39,994 nt of DNA from a virus (taxonomy: Duplodnaviria; Caudoviricetes). The position numbers were made by a program, and so were the translations under genes. The notes beneath the pieces are model-generated. The model did no database searches. It was not told the DNA's origin and saw only the letters and a list, made by a program, of their open reading frames with translations. The number at the start of each line of letters is the position of its first letter. The first letter of the stretch is position 1. The DNA lies in the IMG/VR virus record IMGVR_UViG_3300020120_000085, positions 1-39,994 of that record; one strand, given 5' to 3'. Positions 1-9,236 of the stretch are shown here, one piece after another.

Positions 1-2656
1 GCACGGCGGCGGCGGGGTGTTCACGAACGGCGCGGCCGGGGGCGCCGGGCAGGTCACGATCACCTACACGTACATCCCGCCGCCGGCGCCGCAGCAGAAC
101 AGCTCGATCCCGTCGTGGCTGTTCACCCCGTCGGCGACGCTGGCTGCCCGGGTGCTGTCCGGGCCGCTGCCGCAGCCGGTCACCGCGGCGGCCGGGTTCG
201 CGGCCGAGATCCGGGCGGCGTTCGCCGGGTTCCCCGCCCAGGCCGTCAGCACGTTCACGACACCGGGCGCGGTCACCTTCACGGGACCGCCGGGCGTGAC
301 CACGGCCGACGTCGTGTGCACGGCGGGCGGCCAGGCGGGGACGACCGGGGGGATCACCAACGGGGCCGCGGGGGGAACCGGCGGCGAGGAGGCCGAGGAG
401 CCCGCGCTGGCCATCACCCCGGACAGCACCTACGCGGGGTCGGTCGGCGCCGCGGGCGTCCCGTCCGGCGGACTGGGCGGCAATACCACGTTCACCGGCG
501 ACACGGCAACCGTGCAGGCGAACGCCTCCGGGTCGGGCAGCACGAACACGAACCATCACAGCGGCGGCTCCGGGGCGGCCAATAACGGCGCGAACGGCGG
601 GGGCGGCGGGTCGGCGGGCGGCACCGCCCAGGCGGGCAACAACGGGGTGAGCATCGGGAGCACGGGCGGCGTGGCGGTGGCCGGGGGCGGCGCCGGGGGG
701 GCAGGCGACACCAGCAACGCCGGGGCCACGGCAGGGTCCGCGCCCGGCGGCGGCGGAGGCGGAGGCCACGGCAGCTCGCAGACGGCCGGGGCGGCCGGCG
801 GCGCGGGCCAGCTCACGATCACCTGCCAGCCCGGCAACAGCACCCTGCTGACCCTGGTGAACCCGCGCGGCCAGGCCGCCATCGCCGTCTGGGTGACCTC
901 CGCCGGGCACTTGCAGCTGGCAAGTACCAGCGGCTATGGCACCCGCTCGCCGGCGTGGACGACGGTCGACGCCGGGATCGTGCCGTCCGGCCCGTTCCAT
1001 GTCGTCGTCTCCGTCGCCGCGGCGGGCACCGCGACGCTGTACGTGAACAATGCGAACAAGGGGACGCTGACCCTCCCGGCCGGGGCCTCGTACTCCTGGC
1101 TCACCGTCGGCGGCGCGTACGGCTCGTGGCTCGGCGGCTGGAACGGCTCGGCGGGCACCGCCGCCGTCTATCCGGCCGCCCTGTCCAGCGCCCGGGTCAG
1201 CGTGCACTGGACCGCGGGCTCGACGGGCTTCACCGGCTCGTCCACCGGGACAATGATCAGCAAGATCGCCGCCTATGCGGGGCTGCCGGGCTTTTACTAC
1301 ACCCCGCCGTCCGGCCCGGCCGACCCGTCATACGGCCTGACGAAGGTCAGCTACTTCGACATCAAGGGCCAGAACCCGCTCACCGCGATGCAGGCCTGCG
1401 AGATGGCCGAGGGCGGCGTGCTGTCCGTGAACGCCGCCGGGCAGCTCGTCTTCGCCGACCGGGCCAGCAGGTACGCGGCGGGGTCGGCCGCGCAGCCCGC
1501 GTTCGTGCTGCAGGCGGGCCAGTACGAGCCGGACACCACCTTCAAGAGCAACGACCAGTACCTGTGCACCCGCGCCTGCTATGCGACCGTCAACATCCCC
1601 GGCGGCTTCCCGGTAATCAACACCGGCGCGCAGCCGGACTTCGGGACGTACACCGCTAATGCCGGGTCGGTGACGTCGCCGCAGCCCGCGCCGTTCGCCG
1701 ACGCGACGGCCACGGCGGGCAGCTACAGCACCGATGACCTGATGGACGCGGGCTGGTGGCAGGCGAACGTCTTCGGCACGCCGGTGTCGCGTGTGCCCGC
1801 GCTGACCGTCGACCTGCTTACCCAGCCCGCCAGCGAGTTCTCGGTCGCCAGCTTCTACTCCCTGGACATCGGGTCGGCCATCCAGCTGGCCGGGCTGCCG
1901 TCGCAGGCGCCCGACGCGGCGGGCCAGCCGCTGTCGGCCTACCAGGTGGTCGAGGGCCTGAACGAGACCATCAGCCTGGCCGCGCACACCTGCCAGCTCT
2001 ACACCAGCCCCCTGTCCCAGAACGCCGCCTGGATCCCCGGAGACCCGCTGCTCGGGGTGCTCGGCACCACGACCGCCGCGGGCCGCTCGCAGGCGCCCGC
2101 AGCGCTCGGTCCGCCGTATCCGGTGCCCGCGTTCGGCGGCAGCCTGAACCGGACCGGCTCCGTGGGCGCGCAGGATCTCCGCGGGCTGACCGTGTCCGTG
2201 CAGGACCGGCTGACGCCGCCGCTGGCCATCGGCCAGCAGCAGAACGCCCAGGTGATCACGACGCTGGCCGGGCAGGCGGTCACCTGGGACACGCTGCTGG
2301 CCGACACGGCGGGCGGCTTCGGCACCACGGTCACCTACACCATCCCGGCCGGGTTCGCGGGGTACTACTGGTGCGCCGCCGTCGTCCAGGCCGCTACGGG
2401 CACCGCCAGCCTGGGCGGGATCGCGGCGTGGTTCGCCGCGGTGCTCGGCGGTGTGGCCAGCCAGTGGCACGCCCGGTCGATCCCGTACCTGAGCAGCGCG
2501 CCGTACACGGCGGTGGCGATCGCCGGGCGGATCGGCCCGTGCGCGGCCGGGGACACCATCCAGGTGATCGCCGCGGCCGCGGGCACCTCGGCCAGCCTGC
2601 CGCTCGGCACCGCCGACGGCGGGTCCATGTTCACGCTGTTCTGGCAGGGGAGCTGA
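1..2656 (+). CDS. Minor tail protein, 5' truncated by window; Gly-rich modules, LamG/ConA-like domain, tail-hub-like region
   Basis: Open frame from window start; GGGGG-rich modules, 'FHVVVSV...ATLYVN...LTVGG' LamG-like segment, 'AEGGVLSVNAAGQLVFADR' tail-protein motif. Confidence 0.8.
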   Translation, partial: HGGGGVFTNGAAGGAGQVTITYTYIPPPAPQQNSSIPSWLFTPSATLAARVLSGPLPQPVTAAAGFAAEIRAAFAGFPAQAVSTFTTPGAVTFTGPPGVTTADVVCTAGGQAGTTGGITNGAAGGTGGEEAEEPALAITPDSTYAGSVGAAGVPSGGLGGNTTFTGDTATVQANASGSGSTNTNHHSGGSGAANNGANGGGGGSAGGTAQAGNNGVSIGSTGGVAVAGGGAGGAGDTSNAGATAGSAPGGGGGGGHGSSQTAGAAGGAGQLTITCQPGNSTLLTLVNPRGQAAIAVWVTSAGHLQLASTSGYGTRSPAWTTVDAGIVPSGPFHVVVSVAAAGTATLYVNNANKGTLTLPAGASYSWLTVGGAYGSWLGGWNGSAGTAAVYPAALSSARVSVHWTAGSTGFTGSSTGTMISKIAAYAGLPGFYYTPPSGPADPSYGLTKVSYFDIKGQNPLTAMQACEMAEGGVLSVNAAGQLVFADRASRYAAGSAAQPAFVLQAGQYEPDTTFKSNDQYLCTRACYATVNIPGGFPVINTGAQPDFGTYTANAGSVTSPQPAPFADATATAGSYSTDDLMDAGWWQANVFGTPVSRVPALTVDLLTQPASEFSVASFYSLDIGSAIQLAGLPSQAPDAAGQPLSAYQVVEGLNETISLAAHTCQLYTSPLSQNAAWIPGDPLLGVLGTTTAAGRSQAPAALGPPYPVPAFGGSLNRTGSVGAQDLRGLTVSVQDRLTPPLAIGQQQNAQVITTLAGQAVTWDTLLADTAGGFGTTVTYTIPAGFAGYYWCAAVVQAATGTASLGGIAAWFAAVLGGVASQWHARSIPYLSSAPYTAVAIAGRIGPCAAGDTIQVIAAAAGTSASLPLGTADGGSMFTLFWQGS

Positions 2657-2657
2657 T

Positions 2658-2927
2658 ATGGCCGCGCGCTACTGGGTCCTGGTCACCGACGAGCTGATGG
2701 AGTCAGATCCGCAGTGGCCGGACGGATTCCGGCCGGTGGAGGGTGGCGGCATCGACCATCCCGGCGTGCGCCGGTGGCTGTTCGAAGACGATGACGCGCC
2801 GCCCGAGCTGGAAGGCAAGCTCGTCGAGGTGCACTCGGTACTGAAGGACGGCAAGCCGGTCATCGTGCGCAGGCCGCCTGGCGTGCAAACCTCATGGCTA
2901 GATCTCGCCGGGCAGGTGAATGCCTGA
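2658..2927 (+). CDS. Hypothetical protein
   Basis: Starts 1 nt after upstream stop, TGA/ATG overlap with next gene, GC3-biased codons. Confidence 0.7.
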   Translation: MAARYWVLVTDELMESDPQWPDGFRPVEGGGIDHPGVRRWLFEDDDAPPELEGKLVEVHSVLKDGKPVIVRRPPGVQTSWLDLAGQVNA

Positions 2928-3610
2928 TGGCCACCGTTCCGGTCGTGCCGACGTTCACCGCGGGCACCGTCGTCACCGCCGCCGCGCTCAACCAGCTCGG
3001 CGCCGCCGTCCAGTTCCTGCTCACCCCGCCGAAGGCCGTCCTGCAGCAGACCAACGTTGCCCCGGTCAGCGGCGGCCAGGCGATCGCCGCCACCACCGCG
3101 ACCGCCATCATCTGGACGGTGGCCGTCAACAACGGCGACAGCGCCTGGTCGGCCGGCAGCCCGACGCGGTACACGAGCCAGACCCCCGGCTACTACCTGT
3201 TCGAGGGCGTGTGGCAGTCGACGGCCGAGCTGACCAGCGGCTACCGGGGCGCATTCTTCCGGATCACGACCGGCGCGAACAATCCCGGGGGCGCCGGGCT
3301 GACCACCTCGTTCGGCGCGAGCCGCGAGGCCAACGTCACCAGCGCCACGGGCATCAACTACACCGCCGTGGGCGCGGCGCTGATCTCCCCGTACCTGTAC
3401 GTGCTGGACTACGTGGAGCTCATCGCCTACTCCGGTGCCGCTGAGACGACCGGGTTTACCGACGGCGGCAGCTACCTGAGCGCGACCCTGGTGAGCCTGT
3501 TATGGCCATCACCGATGCGCAATTCGCCAAGCTGCAGGCGCAAGTGCAGACGCAGCAGGGGCAGATCACGGCGCTGCAGCAGCGGTGCACGCGCCTGCAG
3601 AACGAGCTGA
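2927..3610 (+). CDS. Minor tail/fibre-like protein; probable natural end near 3502 where TTA sits in place of a stop
   Basis: ATG 2927 overlaps previous TGA; 'TFTAGTVVTAAALNQL' start and 'RYTSQTPGYY' motif typical of actinophage tail proteins; sequence after VSLL looks non-coding. Confidence 0.75.
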   Translation: MATVPVVPTFTAGTVVTAAALNQLGAAVQFLLTPPKAVLQQTNVAPVSGGQAIAATTATAIIWTVAVNNGDSAWSAGSPTRYTSQTPGYYLFEGVWQSTAELTSGYRGAFFRITTGANNPGGAGLTTSFGASREANVTSATGINYTAVGAALISPYLYVLDYVELIAYSGAAETTGFTDGGSYLSATLVSLLWPSPMRNSPSCRRKCRRSRGRSRRCSSGARACRTS

Positions 3611-3651
3611 ACGACGTCAAGGGCCAGCTGGCCAGGGTCAAGAAGGGGTGA
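3502..3651 (+). CDS. Small coiled-coil protein (49 aa), absent from ORF track
   Basis: Manual translation MAITDAQFAKLQAQVQTQQGQITALQQRCTRLQNELNDVKGQLARVKKG; heptad pattern, strong GC3 bias, fills gap. Confidence 0.75.
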   Translation: MAITDAQFAKLQAQVQTQQGQITALQQRCTRLQNELNDVKGQLARVKKG

Positions 3652-3664
3652 AGGGCAGGGTGAC

Positions 3665-3940
3665 GTGCTGACATGGCCGACGCTACGGGATATCGCGATA
3701 GCAGGCACGGGCCTGGCCACCGTGTGGTCCCAGCTGCTGCTGTGGGACCTGTCGGGGCGCACGCCGTCGGACGTGCTGCTGGCGGTGGGCCTGGCGCTGC
3801 TGGCGCCCGCGGCGAGCGCCCACGTAAGGACGGTCCTGGGCTCGGGCGAAGCTGGCTCGTCATCGCCATCATCGCCGCCACCGTCGGCGCCGTCCTCGCC
3901 GCGCTCGCAGCTACCGGAGGAGGGAACCTCTGGTGAGTGA
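3665..3940 (+). CDS. Two-TM membrane protein, holin candidate
   Basis: Two hydrophobic segments, polar S/P-rich tail, late-operon position. Confidence 0.5.
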   Translation: MLTWPTLRDIAIAGTGLATVWSQLLLWDLSGRTPSDVLLAVGLALLAPAASAHVRTVLGSGEAGSSSPSSPPPSAPSSPRSQLPEEGTSGE

Positions 3941-4259
3941 CGAGCCGATGACCCACGGGGCCAGGCGCGCCGCCGCGGTGCTGGTCCTGCTGACGCTGGC
4001 GCTAGCGGGGTCGAACCTGTTCTTCACGGCCAGCGAGGCGGCCAAGCTGCGCGCCGGGGTGCTGGCGTCGTGCGCGTTCGCCGCCGACCTGGGCGGCGCC
4101 CCGTTCCCGTCGTCGCCCGCGAAGGTGTCCAGGCTCGGCGTCGCCATCGTCGCGGACTCCCGCGCCCAGTGGCGGCACCTCGGCTGCCCCGGGCAGCTCG
4201 CCCCGCCGCAGCCGTCGTTCGTGAGATGGGCGCGGTACTACCACCTGCCGGACAGCTGA
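3933..4259 (+). CDS. Single-TM membrane protein, possible lysis accessory
   Basis: N-terminal TM after basic residues, two Cys in soluble part, overlaps upstream gene. Confidence 0.55.
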   Translation: MSDEPMTHGARRAAAVLVLLTLALAGSNLFFTASEAAKLRAGVLASCAFAADLGGAPFPSSPAKVSRLGVAIVADSRAQWRHLGCPGQLAPPQPSFVRWARYYHLPDS

Positions 4260-4384
4260 GCGAGCAGGCGGCGATGCGCACCCGGATGGAACAGCTCGAA
4301 AGCCAGCGGGCAAGCCGCGAGAAAGGAACCGGCAGGCCGCCCGGCCAGCCCGGCAGGATCACCATCAAAGAGGAGTAACCCGGA

Positions 4385-4960
4385 ATGAGTTTCTACAGCG
4401 GAATCCCGAGCGAGCTGCTTTACTCGCTCCCGTCGCAGGTCACCAAGAACACCTACACCACGCAGGCTGTATTCTCCCAGCCCGCGACAGGTGCGGTGGC
4501 GGTCGTCCCGGCGAACTTCTTCGCCGGGAACCCCAACGGCATCGGCCGCGCCCTGCGGCTCACCGCGTCGGGCACGATCGCCACCACGTCGGCGGCGACG
4601 TTCCAGTTCGTCGTCGGCTGGGATCCGACCGTGGGCACGCTGGGCACGACCCTGGCGACGCCGTGGCCGACCCTGGCACCCACCGCGGCGACCACGTGCG
4701 TGTGGTGGCTCGACGCCGTCATCTCGGCGTCGGCGGTCGGTTCCGCGGGCCTGACGCTGAACACCAGCGGCTTCCTCCGCATGTCGGTCGTGGCGACGGG
4801 CACCCTGGCCACCAACAACCAGGAGATCCTGTTCGCCAACCAGTCCACGGGCCTGGTGTCCACCGCCCAGGCGGCGATCGAGTTCTGGGGCACCTGGTCG
4901 GCGTCGGCGGCGGGCAACACGACCACCCTGCAGCAGTTCATACTGGCTGGCCTGAACTAA
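4385..4960 (+). CDS. Putative virion structural protein (beta-rich)
   Basis: GAGGAG RBS; Thr/Ala/Gly-rich composition like neighbouring tail genes. Confidence 0.65.
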   Translation: MSFYSGIPSELLYSLPSQVTKNTYTTQAVFSQPATGAVAVVPANFFAGNPNGIGRALRLTASGTIATTSAATFQFVVGWDPTVGTLGTTLATPWPTLAPTAATTCVWWLDAVISASAVGSAGLTLNTSGFLRMSVVATGTLATNNQEILFANQSTGLVSTAQAAIEFWGTWSASAAGNTTTLQQFILAGLN

Positions 4961-5018
4961 CCGTTCCCGTCTGCCTCCCCCGGGAAGGGGCGGGACCTGG
5001 TGGTTATCGCCGTGCCCC

Positions 5019-5051
5019 GTACCGGCAGCCGACGTGCGCGGCTGCCGGTAC
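5019..5051. terminator. Perfect 13-bp stem-loop, terminator or RNA-stability hairpin
   Basis: GTACCGGCAGCCG-N7-CGGCTGCCGGTAC in intergenic region. Confidence 0.55.
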
Positions 5052-5070
5052 TGGCATGCCCTGACGGGAG

Positions 5071-5376
5071 ATGCCGGTGGCGCTGACCTCACCCTGGACA
5101 TACACCACCACCGACTACCAGGGCAACGTCCTCTCCGTCATGATCACCTTCGACAACACCCTGTTCACGATCCTGGGCATCACCACGCATAAAGACGCGG
5201 GGTGCATGTATAACAACTTTTACTTCGGGCTCGGCGCGGACGGCACCCCGAACACGTCCACGTCGCAGCTGGCGATAGCGCAGGGTGACAGCATCGCCGC
5301 CGTGCTGACGCTCAACGGGTTCGGGTTCACCACGATCCAGCAGGCACTGGCCGGGCAGACGACGGCGGGACCGTAA
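5071..5376 (+). CDS. Putative virion structural protein
   Basis: TAATG coupling to next gene; coding-like composition. Confidence 0.6.
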   Translation: MPVALTSPWTYTTTDYQGNVLSVMITFDNTLFTILGITTHKDAGCMYNNFYFGLGADGTPNTSTSQLAIAQGDSIAAVLTLNGFGFTTIQQALAGQTTAGP

Positions 5377-7268
5377 TGGCGACGTTCACCGTCAAGGCCA
5401 CCCAGGGCGGCGCCACCGCCAACGGGATGCTGCTGCGGGTCTTCGTCCTGACCCAGGCTGCCGCGACGCAGAACGGCGGCACCTCCGCCACCCTGATAGC
5501 CGGCCCCACCTCGACGTTTACCAACTCGGTCACCACTACCCAGACCGGGAGCCGCGTCTACGGCTCCAGCCTGGGACAATCCGCCAGCTTCACGAACTCC
5601 GCCGCCGCGGGCACCACGCTGGTCGACTCGGTAAACGACAGCACCAACGGCGACACGTACGTAACGTTCAAGGCCACGTCGCTGACCGGGACGCCAGGCG
5701 CGACCACGCTCGGGTACACCGACGGGTCGCACAGCAACGTCAGCATCTCGATGGCGGAGATCCTGGCCGCCGGAACCCTGACCGAGGACGGGTCCGCCCC
5801 GGCCGTGGTTACAACCACGTCCGCGACGACGGTGACCACGGCCAGCTTCACCCCGCCCGACGGGGCGCTGCTGGTCGCGCTCGTCTCCGCGGACGGCTCC
5901 GGCGGGTCGTCCACCACCATGTCCCTCTCGGACACGTCCGGCCTCAGCCTGACGTGGACCGAGATGGTGAAGGAAAATGCCGTCGGCAACGGCTACGCCG
6001 GGGTGTGGATCGCGCAGGTACCGGCTGCCGCCGTCGGCGGTGGCGGCCCGCAGCAGTCCCTCGCGCTACTGAAGACCGCCATCCAGATCCCGCAGTTCGC
6101 GCAGCAGGCGCCGCCGCCGCCGCCGCTGCCCGCGCCAGCCCAGGCGACGGCCTTCCTGCAGCGCGGCCTGTCCCAGTCCGCGCAGTCACCCCAGACCCCG
6201 CCGCCACCGCCGCCGCTGCCCGCCCCGCAGCACGCCGCCAGCCTCCTGCGGCTGGGCCTGCCCGTCTCGGCCCAGTCGCCGCAGGTGCCGCAGCCTGTCC
6301 CGCCACTGCCCGCGCCAGCCCAGGCCGCCACGCTGCTGCGCCTCGGCCTGCCGCAGGCGCTGCCGTCGCCGCAGGTCCAGCCGCCGCCGCCGCCAGGACC
6401 GGCGCCATCACAAGGCACGTCGCTGCTGCTGCAGGGCCTGCCGCAGCAGCAGGCGGCCGCCCAGCAGGCCGTGCCGCCGCCGCCCGTCGCGCAGCCGCAG
6501 CAGGCCCTCAACTTCCTGCTCCAGGGCCTGCCGGTTCCCGGCAACTTCTTCCAGGTGCCGCCGGTCATCACCCCGCCACCGCCAGCCGGAAGCAACCCCC
6601 AGGGCACCAGCCTGCTGTTCCAGCGGCTGCCGCAGCAGCAAGCCGCCGCCCAGCAGGCCGCGGCGCCCGCGGCGCTGCCCGCACCCCAGCACTCCGCCCT
6701 GTTCCTGCAGCTGGGCATGGCGACACCGGGGCACTACAGTCAGGCCGCCCCCGTCGCCCCGCCGGCCGTCCCGCAGCCGGGTCAGGCGCAGGCTGTCACC
6801 CTCGCCTGGCTGGGCCTGCCGCAATCCGCTCAGTCGCCGCAGGCGGCCCAGCCGCCGCCGCCGGGACCGGCGCCGCAGCAATCCCAGGCGCTGCTCATCC
6901 AGGGCCTGCTGGCCCAGCCGCAGTACAGCGCCATACCCCAGCCGCCGCCGCCCGTCGCGCAGCCGCAGCAGGCCGCCACGCTGCTGCGCCCCGGCATGCC
7001 GACGCCAGGGAACTGGTATCAGGCCACCCCCGTCATCGTCATACCGCCGCCGCCGCCGGGCCAGCCGCCCCAGGCGACGACCCTGCTGCGCCTCGCGCTG
7101 CCCGTCCCGGGCAACTGGAGCACCACGGCGGCCCCGCCGCCCGCACCGCTCATCGACCCGAACCTGCTCGCCGGGGCCATCACCGCCGACCTCATGGCGG
7201 GGGCGGTCACCACTGACCTGATGGCCGGGGCCATCACCACCGACAACATGGCCGGGAGCATCACGTGA
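5376..7268 (+). CDS. Putative tail fibre/adhesin: beta-rich N-terminal domains plus 12 Pro/Gln-rich repeats
   Basis: Coupled at both ends; about 30-aa repeats PxQxxxLLxxGLP...Q..PPPP; C-terminal 9-aa repeats. Confidence 0.7.
   Translation: MATFTVKATQGGATANGMLLRVFVLTQAAATQNGGTSATLIAGPTSTFTNSVTTTQTGSRVYGSSLGQSASFTNSAAAGTTLVDSVNDSTNGDTYVTFKATSLTGTPGATTLGYTDGSHSNVSISMAEILAAGTLTEDGSAPAVVTTTSATTVTTASFTPPDGALLVALVSADGSGGSSTTMSLSDTSGLSLTWTEMVKENAVGNGYAGVWIAQVPAAAVGGGGPQQSLALLKTAIQIPQFAQQAPPPPPLPAPAQATAFLQRGLSQSAQSPQTPPPPPPLPAPQHAASLLRLGLPVSAQSPQVPQPVPPLPAPAQAATLLRLGLPQALPSPQVQPPPPPGPAPSQGTSLLLQGLPQQQAAAQQAVPPPPVAQPQQALNFLLQGLPVPGNFFQVPPVITPPPPAGSNPQGTSLLFQRLPQQQAAAQQAAAPAALPAPQHSALFLQLGMATPGHYSQAAPVAPPAVPQPGQAQAVTLAWLGLPQSAQSPQAAQPPPPGPAPQQSQALLIQGLLAQPQYSAIPQPPPPVAQPQQAATLLRPGMPTPGNWYQATPVIVIPPPPPGQPPQATTLLRLALPVPGNWSTTAAPPPAPLIDPNLLAGAITADLMAGAVTTDLMAGAITTDNMAGSIT
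6047..7150 (+). repeat. Degenerate tandem coding repeat, about 12 units of about 90 bp
   Basis: Units aligned by eye in the translation. Confidence 0.85.
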
Positions 7269-7591
7269 GCGTCCAGCAGAACCTGTCCGCCGTCGCGGGC
7301 AACGACCTGAAGTGGCACGTCGCCATCACCCTGGCCGGGGAAGAACTCGACCTCACCCTGTACACGCCGCTCGCCGTCCTCAAGGCATCGGCCACCAGCA
7401 GCGACGCCAGCGGCACCACCTACGGCATCGGCTCCGGGCTCACCTACACCTTCAGGACGTTCGGGAAATTCGACTGGGTCATCCCGCGCGCGAACACGGT
7501 GCCGTCCGGCGTGATGTGGTACCGCATCGACATCGACACGGCGGCCAACGTCACCGCGATGTACGGGAACCTCACCCTGATAGCAGCCTGA
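7265..7591 (+). CDS. Small Ig-like/BppU-like tail-associated protein
   Basis: 'GNDLKW...LDLT.YT...WYRIDI...YGNLTL' resembles baseplate-upper-like small domains (inference). Confidence 0.5.
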   Translation: MSVQQNLSAVAGNDLKWHVAITLAGEELDLTLYTPLAVLKASATSSDASGTTYGIGSGLTYTFRTFGKFDWVIPRANTVPSGVMWYRIDIDTAANVTAMYGNLTLIAA

Positions 7592-7601
7592 AGGAGACAC
7601 C

Positions 7602-8225
7602 ATGACCGTGCGCGGCATCGACGTCAGCCGGTGGCAGGGCGACTTCGACTGGCGGCAGCATCCCGGCCTGTCGTTCGGCATGGCCAAGGCCACCGAATGG
7701 GACGTCACCGACCTGGAGTTCAGGCACAACTGGGACGGCATGTGGGCCTACCAGGCCGACCACCGGATGCCCCGCTTCGCCTACTGCTTCTTTCACGCCA
7801 GCATGGACCCGGTGCAGCAGGCCGGGCACCTGGTGACCGCCGCGAAGCAGCACGGGCTGCTGATGGGCGATAACTTCGTCCTCGACCTCGAGGCCACCAA
7901 CCCGGACACCGGCCTGAACGACGACCTCCCGCCGCATGTCGTCGCCGAGCGCGGGATCAGGTTCCTGCACGCGGTCAACCAGCTGGCCCCCGGGCACCGG
8001 GTCCTGGTCTACAGCTACCCGGCGTTCATCCGCGCCGGGAACTGCGCGGGCATGGGCGCATGGTACCTGTGGATCGCCAACTACCTGGTCAGCAAGCCCG
8101 AGGTCGGCCCGCCGTGGGACCGGTGGACGTTCTGGCAGGACGGCGACAGCCCCATCGACACCGACCGGTTCAACGGGGACCTGGCCGCGCTGTACGCCTT
8201 CACCCGGATGCCGGACCGGCGCTAG
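7602..8225 (+). CDS. Endolysin, GH25 muramidase, catalytic domain only
   Basis: 'GIDVSRWQG', 'KATE', 'LDLE', 'LWIANY', 'FWQ', 'DTDRFNG' GH25 motifs; AAGGAG RBS. Confidence 0.93.
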   Translation: MTVRGIDVSRWQGDFDWRQHPGLSFGMAKATEWDVTDLEFRHNWDGMWAYQADHRMPRFAYCFFHASMDPVQQAGHLVTAAKQHGLLMGDNFVLDLEATNPDTGLNDDLPPHVVAERGIRFLHAVNQLAPGHRVLVYSYPAFIRAGNCAGMGAWYLWIANYLVSKPEVGPPWDRWTFWQDGDSPIDTDRFNGDLAALYAFTRMPDRR

Positions 8226-8391
8226 GCATGTGCCGGTCACACTGGTAGCCATAGCCGCCCTCTATCCGCTGGACCTTGCTGCCCTTCCTGAAATGCTCGC
8301 CGCACACGCTGCAGAAGGTCATGAAGACATCGGGGTTGACGACCGTCATCCACGGCCCGACGCCGGTGAACTCAGCCGAGCCTTCAGCCAT
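8200..8391 (-). CDS. Small putative Zn-binding protein
   Basis: CxxC...CxxH; TAAGGT -10 box 6 nt before ATG. Confidence 0.55.
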   Translation of the reverse strand: MAEGSAEFTGVGPWMTVVNPDVFMTFCSVCGEHFRKGSKVQRIEGGYGYQCDRHMPSAGPASG

Positions 8392-8508
8392 GGCACCACC
8401 TTAGAGTTACGGGGCAGAGGGCGGGCACATCTGTGGGGGGGGTAGCCAGAGTGCCCGCCCGCGCCCCCGCACGCCCGGCCGGCGCGGGGTGACCGGCCGG
8501 GCGCATCC

Positions 8509-8745
8509 TCACCCGGGCAGGGACTTCAGGCCGTCCAGCAGCTCCAGCTTGTCCAGCAGCTGCGCGAGCGAATCCCGGGTGATGACGGTGACCCCGTCCT
8601 CCTCGCGGAGGATGGCCTCCCAGAAACTCCCGAAATAGGCGACACTCCAGCCCGGGCGGTCATGCAGCCACGAGGCCAGCCGGGGCACCTGCTCCGAATA
8701 GTCGGGCTCGCCCCGGACCACCTCGGCCGCCAGGTAGTGCGGCAT
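8509..8745 (-). CDS. Hypothetical protein
   Basis: GAGGGG RBS before ATG 8745; GC3 bias. Confidence 0.65.
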   Translation of the reverse strand: MPHYLAAEVVRGEPDYSEQVPRLASWLHDRPGWSVAYFGSFWEAILREEDGVTVITRDSLAQLLDKLELLDGLKSLPG

Positions 8746-8858
8746 GATTCCCCCTCGGCTCGACGGCACAGGAGTCCCACCGTACGCGGGGATGGACATG
8801 TACGTCTATGCTCGCCCCGGCCAGGGAATGCTTACCCCTGCCCGTCTACGCTGAGCCT

Positions 8859-9131
8859 GTGGCGGATGTGGAACGAGAGACCATTGATTACGGTGTGGCT
8901 GAGCCGGTATGGAAGCAGCTCGCCGCGATCCTGCGCCGCCGCATCCGCGCCGGGACCTACGAGCCCGGCCGCATGATCCCGTCAGAGAAGCAGTGCGAGC
9001 AGGAATTCGGCACCGCCCGCGGCACCTGCCGCAAGGCCGTCGCCCAGCTGCGCGACGAAGGGCTGATCGTCACCGTCGCCGGGCGCGGCAGCTACGTGGC
9101 CGATCCGCTGCCGGAGGACGAGGGCGCCTGA
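8859..9131 (+). CDS. GntR-family winged-helix regulator (DNA-binding domain only)
   Basis: 'WKQLAAILRRRIRAGTYEPGRMIPSE...RKAVAQLRDEGLIVTVAGRGSYV'; TACGCT -10 six nt before GTG 8859. Confidence 0.92.
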   Translation: MADVERETIDYGVAEPVWKQLAAILRRRIRAGTYEPGRMIPSEKQCEQEFGTARGTCRKAVAQLRDEGLIVTVAGRGSYVADPLPEDEGA

Positions 9132-9236
9132 CGGTGCTCCGGGCAGAGCCACCAGCCATGCCCGGCCTCAGCGCCGCACACGCGGCAGACGTGATAGCCG
9201 AAGCTGCACTCGTAGCAGTCGAACACCGGGAGCTGG

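Noticed and set aside
4274-4378. Short ORF MRTRMEQLESQ...
   Set aside because: 34 aa, no clear RBS; cannot be supported.
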